A DNA stretch of 64,000 bases from Basidiobolus meristosporus CBS 931.73 (lineage: Eukaryota > Fungi > Basidiobolomycota): NCBI GenBank assembly GCA_002104905.1, contig MCFE01000185.1, forward strand, positions 74,348 through 138,347, given 5' to 3'. Positions 53,945 through 60,946 of the stretch are shown in pieces. A program made the translations under genes and the position numbers. The notes below the pieces were generated by a model that saw only the letters and a list, made by a program, of their open reading frames with translations, ran no database searches and was not told the DNA's origin. Every line of letters starts with the position of its first letter. The stretch's first letter is position 1.

Positions 53945-54899
53945 GAAGTTGCTTTATTCTGGTGGTAGTTTGTTGTCAAATATGTGCCCGAGTTCATCGA
54001 GTCTGCAATGAGATCAGTGTTTGTGTTAAATCGTCGACCCATACGGCGGAGGCTGCTGGCCGTCATTTTGCATCACACACTGACATCGCTGCGTTCCATG
54101 AGACCGTTGAACGGATTGGTCTCTGGTTTTCTATGCCCAGGTGATGCTTGGCAACCAAGTGGTTGTTGCGTGCTGTTGTGAGGATGTCCAGGTATCAGGG
54201 TTGGTGCCACCAATGCTGCTTTCTAGTATCTAGTGACCATAACTAGGTATAAGGCCGTAACGATACCAGGTTGGTTTCGCTAGCAGCCGGGATGCTTTCT
54301 CCGCCAATCCCAGGCTGTTAGCGAGAGTTGGGCCGTCACACAATGTGCCTTGAGAAGCCTAGTCTAGCAAATTCTTTATATATATAGCAATGTCGGAGCA
54401 GATCTGAAGCACCTGGCAAAATACAGGCATTCATACCAGTACAAAGTTTGCCGCATTCTCATATTCAATCCAGACTAAACGTCTCCAAGTAATCCTCCCC
54501 ATTTCTTGACGCGTACATCGGGGAAATGGAAATCTGGGTCACACGATTCGGGCTCAGTTTGTGTTTGGTAATTTCTGTAAATAGAAACCATGGGGGGAAC
54601 TGTCCATTCTGGTATATGAATAGCCGCTATGGCGATTCTAATATCCTTGCATCTGTCTAGCAATGAAAACAATTATTTGATTGGGTTTGGAATCGAATCA
54701 AGATTCTATGAACAGAAGAGGTCACTCTCATACCATTTCCTATCCCGCTCTTTACCAAGTAGCCATTCCCATTCATGAAGTAACTCACTTCCAGAAAGTG
54801 TGGCTACCAGATGTTTTATAAATAGGACTCTGATTGCATACTTGGGTAATGTAGAAGAGGATCAAACCAGGGGAATATCCAAGATTGGATCATGCCCGA

Positions 54900-55175
54900 A
54901 GCAAACTAAGAATTGTTATAATAGTCTTGGAGATAATGGAAGTGATTGGGAGAACAAGTGGACTACATGGTTTTCACTCAAAGAGTTATTGAATGCAAAA
55001 GTATTATTTATACTTTTGCCTGATCTTGGCAAAGCAAACATGTAGAATATGCTGAGGAAGGCCCCAAAAACATATGTGCAAAGTTTGGGGCTGTTTGGAC
55101 AACTTATCAAAATTTCATGTTCTGGGTGCTTGATATTTTGGTGAAAATATTCAGAGTCCCAGCCAGAAATTTAAT
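54900..55175. repeat. Last copy of the ~280-bp repeat, ending at telomere-like sequence
   Basis: Contains GAAGTGATTGGGAGAACA, GGTTTTCACT and GCAAAGTTTGGGGCTGTTTGGACAACTTATCAA. Homology stops at ~55175. Confidence 0.75.
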
Positions 55176-55194
55176 TTAGGGCAAGGGTTAGGGG
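55176..55194 (+). repeat. Interstitial telomere relic TTAGGG-CAAGGG-TTAGGG-G
   Basis: Three in-register hexamers seen directly. Confidence 0.7.
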
Positions 55195-55326
55195 TCTGAA
55201 TTCCTTTTGTGAGTCTGATAAAGTACAGTAATAAAATTTCAACTGATACAAGTTGAATAGGGTTAGGGGGGGAGACAGTCACCAACAGGTGAAATCTTTA
55301 TTTCAGTTGAAACAAAGAAGCCAGCG

Positions 55327-58095
55327 CTACTGTTGTAGCTTTGATACAAGCGTGTGTAGCTGAGGGGAATTTGTAGGTAAGTTAATAAGAAGCGATGATA
55401 GTTCTTCAGTGCTCAAGACACTGTTCAGTGGGAAGGGGGGTAGCAAGAGAGGTAAGAATGACTTGTGAACAACATTAATGAGGGGAATGTGATAAGGATT
55501 AATATTCATCATAAAGGGAGTGTGCTGCTGAAGATATTGCTGCCAAAGGTCTGTCAAGTACTTTAGGTAGGCCAGCTTGGGTTTTTCTGACTGCAGAATG
55601 TAGTGAGCAAACTTCTTGACTTCAGGATCTCCAAGTATAGTTCTCCAGCAGGAGCCAGGTATTGTGTGGTGTGTTCTCTTCCAGGCCTTAATCAGTGGGT
55701 TGTTGCAGTTGTGAAGTCTGAGGTATAATCTGGTTCTAAGGTAGAGAAGTCTAATCTTATAGGGCATAAACCCAAAAGCACCAAGAATAGCATGTCTGTA
55801 GGGGCATTCAGGCAAATGAGGCACCAAGGAGGTAATGCACCATACTGCAAACTTGTCAAGCTTAGTGCAGTCTCTAGAAGTAAGAGAGAGAAGTGGTAAG
55901 CCAAATTCCAGGACAGGGAAGACAAACTGCTTGAGTAGAAGGAGGCAGCTGGGAGCTGAAGTTGTAGGAGGAGTAACAGCCAGTAGCTTGTGGAGTGCCT
56001 GTCTTGCCAGGATAATTCTCTTCTTCAGGTGTGCTCCAGAGTCTAGTCCAGTAGGAAGGAAAGGAAAGCCAAGATATGTAGCAGAAACCTGAGCAGGTAG
56101 AGTGGAGTTCTCCAAGTTGATGGGAGAGCCCAAAGGTACTGTCTTTGCAATGGAAAGCTGGAGATTATTCTTCTGCAGATACTGGTGGATGGTCTGGGAG
56201 TCTTGTTGCACATTGGAGGAGGATATTCTGATGTCATCAGCAAAGAGAGTAACCAGGCAGTCAGCTGAGAGTCTTGGGAAATCATTCAGGAAGATGGCAA
56301 ACAGTATAGGACCAAGCACAGAGCCTTGAACCACTCCATTAGGAACTGAGAACACAGCTGATTGCTCACTTGGGTGCAGAATTCTTGCTTGTGGATCCAG
56401 AAACAGAGACCTGACAAGGAGGGTGAGAGAGATACTGGAGAAGCATTGCAACTTGGACCAAAGCAGATTTCTGTCAACTGAATCAAAGGCCTTAGTAATA
56501 TCAAACAGAACTGAGGGATACTTGCACTGGAGAGAGTGATCTTGGCTAAGTATGACTGCATATTCCAAGGAGAGGCCAGGAACAAAGCCATACTGTGCAG
56601 GATGAAACTTGAGGGAGTCAGAGTTGAGCTCCTGAGCAAGCAGAAGCTCAAACACCTTTCTGCAGGTGGGCAGCAGAGATATTGGCCTGTAGGAGCTAGG
56701 ATCCAGGTGCTTTCCTTTACCCTTGTACAGTGGCAGAACATTGGCAAAGGACCATTCCTCAGGAGTAGAAAGCTGGGCAGAGCATTGCTGAAACAGTGGA
56801 AGCAGAAGTGCAGACATGGCCTTGGTACTAGTCTTCAGAAGCTCATAGGAGATTGTGTCCACACCTGGAGCAGTAGAGTTGGAAAGCCTCTTGAGCACAT
56901 TATGGATTCTCCCTTGATCAAGTGCAAGTGGGATGGGCAGAGTCTTGAAGTCAGGGTGAAAGCCAGGAGTTGAGTACTGCTTTGTAGAGAAGAAGATGTT
57001 AGCCAGCTGTTCTGTTGAAGGTAACTTCCTGGAAGAGGGCCTCATTGCCCTGTAGAGTCTTGATACTGTTCTTGTTATAGAGTTGGAAGATTGCAGAGGC
57101 AAGGAACTCATAATATGATCCCAGAGCTGAGTATGCAGAGTGTGGTGAATTGCCTTGGAGTGGTGTATTGCTGTCAGGAGGAGTTTCTCTGTTTTTGGGT
57201 TAGTGAAACTCAGGTAGCTTTGTTGCAGGGCTGAAACAATGGATTCCCATTTTCTCAAGGTAACAGCAGTAGTCTTGCATGGCAGTGAGAGGGAGGCAGA
57301 CACCAGAATCAGATGCTTCACAAAGAGCCAGGCATAGTTGAGATCATCTGGCAGAGAAAGTAGCAAACTGGCAAGCTTCAAGTAGTTCCCAAAGTCTTTC
57401 TTCTGATTCTTGGTAGCTTTGTGGGTGAGCACAGTAAGTTTTGGCAGCTTCTTCTTCACAACTGGTTGCATAGAAAGGGACCAGGCTGGGTGGTCAGAGG
57501 CTCTCAAGGATCCTAGCTCAGCTCCAGAGAATTGCTTAACTTCATTGACAAAGTAGAGGGCAGCAGCAGAAGGGCAGATCCAGTCAACACATCTTTTCTC
57601 AGATTGAGCACCTAGTGCTAGCAGATGGCTTTCTCTCAGGAAGTTCAGTAGGAATGTAGACCTTGGCTTCATTCTTGCAGTCAGAGTAGTCTTGTTCTCA
57701 GGATGGGGAATGTTGAGATCTCCAAGCAAGATAATAGGTGTTGATATAGATTGCTGGTATTGCTGAACTTTCTGGCATATAACTTGCACTTCCTGAAGAG
57801 CAAGACTTGGAGGCAGATAGCAGAGCACCAGACTGATAGTTGGCAACTGGAGAGCAGCACAGTAAGGGGAGTAAAGAGGAACACAGAGCTGAGGAGTATT
57901 GATGGTAGAAGAGATGAAGCAGATAGAGGAGGTATTCTTTGTACTAGGAGTAGAAAAGCAATATAGATTAGTCAATAGTACAGAGGGTAGCGGGACATCA
58001 ATCAAACACAGGAGGGAAAATCTTGAAAGAAGTCTCTCTAGAGTTGGTCTTGATGGCTGTATGCTGTTGCAGTTAAGCAACAGAACTTCAGGTAG
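55327..58095 (-). CDS. TEL-A ORF2: APE-type endonuclease + non-LTR reverse transcriptase (no upstream AUG)
   Basis: EN motifs LLNCN, LLCLID, CYLPP, LLGDLN, VDWI and SDH. RT motifs APGVDTISY, YRPISLL, QYGF, FDITKAFDSV, GVVQGSVLGPILF, LFADD and YLG. No C-terminal CCHC or RNase H seen. Confidence 0.95.
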   Translation of the reverse strand, partial: LPEVLLLNCNSIQPSRPTLERLLSRFSLLCLIDVPLPSVLLTNLYCFSTPSTKNTSSICFISSTINTPQLCVPLYSPYCAALQLPTISLVLCYLPPSLALQEVQVICQKVQQYQQSISTPIILLGDLNIPHPENKTTLTARMKPRSTFLLNFLRESHLLALGAQSEKRCVDWICPSAAALYFVNEVKQFSGAELGSLRASDHPAWSLSMQPVVKKKLPKLTVLTHKATKNQKKDFGNYLKLASLLLSLPDDLNYAWLFVKHLILVSASLSLPCKTTAVTLRKWESIVSALQQSYLSFTNPKTEKLLLTAIHHSKAIHHTLHTQLWDHIMSSLPLQSSNSITRTVSRLYRAMRPSSRKLPSTEQLANIFFSTKQYSTPGFHPDFKTLPIPLALDQGRIHNVLKRLSNSTAPGVDTISYELLKTSTKAMSALLLPLFQQCSAQLSTPEEWSFANVLPLYKGKGKHLDPSSYRPISLLPTCRKVFELLLAQELNSDSLKFHPAQYGFVPGLSLEYAVILSQDHSLQCKYPSVLFDITKAFDSVDRNLLWSKLQCFSSISLTLLVRSLFLDPQARILHPSEQSAVFSVPNGVVQGSVLGPILFAIFLNDFPRLSADCLVTLFADDIRISSSNVQQDSQTIHQYLQKNNLQLSIAKTVPLGSPINLENSTLPAQVSATYLGFPFLPTGLDSGAHLKKRIILARQALHKLLAVTPPTTSAPSCLLLLKQFVFPVLEFGLPLLSLTSRDCTKLDKFAVWCITSLVPHLPECPYRHAILGAFGFMPYKIRLLYLRTRLYLRLHNCNNPLIKAWKRTHHTIPGSCWRTILGDPEVKKFAHYILQSEKPKLAYLKYLTDLWQQYLQQHTPFMMNINPYHIPLINVVHKSFLPLLLPPFPLNSVLSTEELSSLLINLPTNSPQLHTLVSKLQQ

Positions 58096-59198
58096 TCAGG
58101 CAGAGGTTGTAGCTTCTTCAGAGGCAGCATTGCCAATGTGACCTGCAGAGTCCCAGAGCTCTTCAAATGGTGCATCACTTAAGTCAGCAAGGAGGGAAAT
58201 GGCATGATTCTTGAGGAAGTATGCCACATCATAGGAGGGGGCTTGTCTCTTGATGGCAGCAAAGAAAGACAGAATGGCAACATGGGCTGGAGGCTTGTTG
58301 AACAGTAGAGAGTCAGAGGATTCAGATTCTTCAGGCACTATCTTGAAGTCAGTTTCAGCCAGTTAAGGTTCTTCTCCACAAAGGCAACAAATGGGTCAGC
58401 AATGTTTTGGTCTAGGATAACCTCCAGAATCTTCCCTTTTCTCCAGGCCAGGTTGACAATTCTTGAGAGCTGAATATTGCATGCCTTGAGTGCTTTCCTG
58501 ATGTTGGAAATGGGAGTCCAGGGAACTTGCTTCAAGTACACCACAGTCCAGGTAGAAGCTGGTGGTAGGTTTGCTGGGGGCTTGTAAGTCCTTCTGTGTT
58601 GCAATGGAGCTGCAGTAGTCAGATTGGATTCCACATTCTCAGTAGAGGGTTTTCTTGATGTGTCTTGCTGAATGGTACTGGAGCTGGATGTGCTGATAAT
58701 TCTTGCTACAACCTTGCCTGCATAAGTCTGAGGTATAGCTGAGGTGACTGTAGAGGTGGTAGCAGCTGGTGCAGGTGGAGAGGCAGAAACTGAAGCAGGA
58801 ACTGAGGTCACCTGGGAGAAGGCAGTAGAAGCAGGTTTTCTGGGAGGAACAGAGTTCACTATCCAGTTGTTCTGTAAAACACTGGAGTAGCTTTTCTGTG
58901 GAACAGGATCTTGCTCTTGAACAGGAACAGAAGCAGGAGGCTGGGGCTGAGCAGTGGTGGTAGGGCAGTGACACTCTAAGGAAGCTTTTTGCAAGGCATC
59001 TCTGGCAGTTTTCAGGGCAGTATTGGCTTCATTCTTGAGCTTCTTGCATTGGGCATCCAGTCTCTTGTTTTCAATAGCCAGGGCAGTATTGGCAGCCTCT
59101 AAATCAGCAATTCTCTTCTCAATTGCAAGGAATCTCTGAAGAAATGCATCAGTAGAAGTGCTGGCATCTGGGAGTGCAGTGGCAGGAATAGAGTCCAT
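58096..59198 (-). CDS. TEL-A ORF1 (coiled coil + RRM-like), with a -1 frameshift near 58350
   Basis: ATG at 59198 (MDSIP). Coiled coil IEKRIADLEAANTALAIENKRL; domain WTVVYLKQVP...IVNLAW...ILEVILD. Continues in another frame (APSYDVAYFLK...FEELWDSA), homologous to the uninterrupted TEL-C ORF. Confidence 0.8.
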
Positions 59199-59217
59199 TG
59201 ACAGTGGGCTTCTTGGA

Positions 59218-59713
59218 GGGTTAGGGGGGAGGAAAGTCACCAAGTGGTGAAATCTTTATTTACTTATGACAAGTATCTAAAGAAGCCAAGTTAATCTGAA
59301 GTAATTCCTAGAAAGCTAGGTCTGAGAGATATCTTCCTGGTAAGCCAGGTCTGAGAGTTGAGAAGCTGAGTGGTACTATATTTCCTAGTTAGCTAGGTCT
59401 GAGAGAGGTTTCCTGGAAAGCCAGGCCTGAGAAGTGAGAATCTGAATATATCTGAGCTAAGTTATACTGGTTTGCGGTAGCTGAATTGTGGCCAGAATGG
59501 CCAGTAGACTAGGGGAACTGAGATGAATTTCTGGGCGATCACTGGCCAAATTTACTAGGCAAATCTGACCAATTAGCATTTCAAGGATTTCAGCCAATCA
59601 GAGCCTTTACTTTGCCCAATGGTTGATCAAGCCATCTCCCAATGAGCACACATCAATTTATTGATCAAATTTTGTTAGATCCAGGATTTGATCCCACAAC
59701 CATGGGTATGGAA
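59218..59713 (-). mobile_element. TEL-B1: ~500-bp non-coding telomeric unit with the shared 3' tail
   Basis: Starts GGGTTAGGGGGGAGGAAAGTCACCAAGTGGTGAAATCTTTATTT; no ORF >=60 aa; ends at GGGTTAGGG (59714). A second copy at 63207 is identical over its length by eye. Confidence 0.85.
59569..59643. promoter_or_regulatory. Cluster of four CCAAT boxes in TEL-B1
   Basis: CCAAT at 59569, 59594 (AGCCAATCAG), 59616 and 59639. Confidence 0.4.
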
Positions 59714-59750
59714 GGGTTAGGGATAACCACAAGGCTAAGTGTTCTTGGTT

Positions 59751-60633
59751 GGGTTAGGGTTAGGGGGATGATCATCACCAAAGGGTGAAATCTTCATTTA
59801 AATAATAAACAAAGAAGCCAAGTTTGCATATGAATATCTGAGATGCAGGAAGCCTACAAGATAAACTTGGACTTTGCTGTATCCCAAATATCCTCAATAT
59901 CAAAGTCTAGAGGAGAGTGTAGCAAGACTGCTTGTTCACTGTAGTATTTCTTGAGGAAGTTTGTGACTTGAAGGGAAGGAGAGTTTTTCAACAAGCTGGT
60001 AAATCTTTTGAGGAGTTCTTTTTCCAGAGAGAATGGCACAAAGAGTGGAATGTCCAAATGATGTCTGAATATATGCTCTGAGAGCTCCCAATCCAGCATA
60101 TTTTTGACTTCTTCTGTAAAATCTTCAACAATATCTTTGTCAAGAATAACTTCCAAGAGATCCCTGGCAATGTACTGAATGTTAATAATCTTAGGCATAT
60201 GAATACCTAGGTCCTTGAGGTAGTTTCTTTGTTCTGATATTGGGAGATATCCTGCATTTCTGAAATAGCAAACAGCCCAGTTGGCAGTAGGAGGAGTATC
60301 AGGGCTGACAGGGAATCTTCTTTTGGCTTTAGAGTGCACTGGCTTAGGAGATTGTCTTGATGGAAGGGCAGCTGGTTTTGGATGAGCTTGAACTGCTTGG
60401 GAGTAGGTCTGAGTACAAGTAGTAGAAGTTCCTGGTTGCTGAGAATTTTCAGATTGACTGGATGAAGAGCTAATTGAGGGGTTGCAAGGTAAGGAAGAAG
60501 CTGAAAGAGAAGTGGAGAGGGCTGGGTGAAGTTCAGAAAGAGCTTTGAAAAGAATTTGGATCTGAGATTTCAACATTGAGTTTTCAGCTTCAAGAAGAGA
60601 AACTCTTTGTTCAAGGTAAGAAGTCTGTAAAGA
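59751..60633 (-). mobile_element. TEL-C: ORF1-only telomeric unit (5'-truncated) with the shared 3' tail
   Basis: Starts GGGTTAGGGTTAGGGGGATGATCATCACCAAAGGGTGAAATCTTCATTT. The ORF ends at 59854, only ~100 nt from the 3' end, so no ORF2 follows. Confidence 0.85.
59854..60633 (-). CDS. TEL-C ORF1-like protein, open through the 5' junction
   Basis: Coiled coil LEQRVSLLEAENSMLKSQI; WAVCYFRNAGYLPISEQR...IINIQY...LLEVILDKD aligns with TEL-A ORF1. Confidence 0.8.
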   Translation of the reverse strand, partial: SLQTSYLEQRVSLLEAENSMLKSQIQILFKALSELHPALSTSLSASSLPCNPSISSSSSQSENSQQPGTSTTCTQTYSQAVQAHPKPAALPSRQSPKPVHSKAKRRFPVSPDTPPTANWAVCYFRNAGYLPISEQRNYLKDLGIHMPKIINIQYIARDLLEVILDKDIVEDFTEEVKNMLDWELSEHIFRHHLDIPLFVPFSLEKELLKRFTSLLKNSPSLQVTNFLKKYYSEQAVLLHSPLDFDIEDIWDTAKSKFIL

Positions 60634-60936
60634 GGGTAGGGGGGGGGAGACAGTCACCAACAGGTGAAATCTTTATTTCAGTTGAAACAAAGAAGCCAGC
60701 GCTACTGTTGCAGCTTTGATACAAGAGTGTGTAGCTGAGGGGAATTTGTAGGTAAGTTAATAAGAAGTGATGATAGCTCTTCAGTGCTCAAGACACTGTT
60801 CAGTGGGAAGGGGGGTAGCAAGAGAGGTAAGAATGACTTGTGAACAACATTAATGAGGGGAATGTGATAAGGATTGATATTCATCATAAATGGAGTGTGC
60901 TGCTGCAGATATTGCTGCCAAAGGTCTGTCAAGTAC
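60634..60936 (-). mobile_element. TEL-A3: ~300-bp 5'-truncated TEL-A
   Basis: Matches the 3' end of TEL-A. Preceded by GGGTAGGG; followed by TTAGGGTTTAGGG. Confidence 0.92.
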
Positions 60937-60946
60937 TTAGGGTTTA

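Larger units (their letters stand above)
55260..59217 (-). mobile_element. TEL-A1: near-full-length telomeric non-LTR retrotransposon (ORF1 + APE-EN/RT ORF2)
   Basis: Bounded by GGGTTAGGG at both ends (55260 and 59218). Two ORFs on the minus strand; no poly(A), no LTR. Confidence 0.93.

Noticed and set aside
55327-55900. MoTeR/R2-like restriction-like endonuclease at the C-terminus
   Set aside because: No CCHC knuckle or PD-(D/E)xK pattern after the RT; the nuclease is N-terminal and APE-like.
55327-58095. Telomerase (TERT) or Penelope/Athena/Coprina-type RT
   Set aside because: Motifs (YRPISLL, KAFDSV, QGSVLGP, FADD) and an N-terminal APE domain are LINE-type. No TERT T/CP motifs or GIY-YIG domain are visible.
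58096-58098. Selenocysteine at the ORF1/ORF2 UGA
   Set aside because: Some early-diverging fungi use Sec, but this codon is in an interdomain linker rather than a redox motif. The ~65-nt 3' UTR shows no SECIS-sized structure.
59300-59435. Hammerhead ribozymes in TEL-B (hairpin followed by CTGAGA)
   Set aside because: The core needs CUGANGA and a downstream GAAA after stem II. Here it reads CUGAGAG/CUGAGAA with no matching stem II-GAAA on either strand. A cleavage assay could still test a non-canonical ribozyme.
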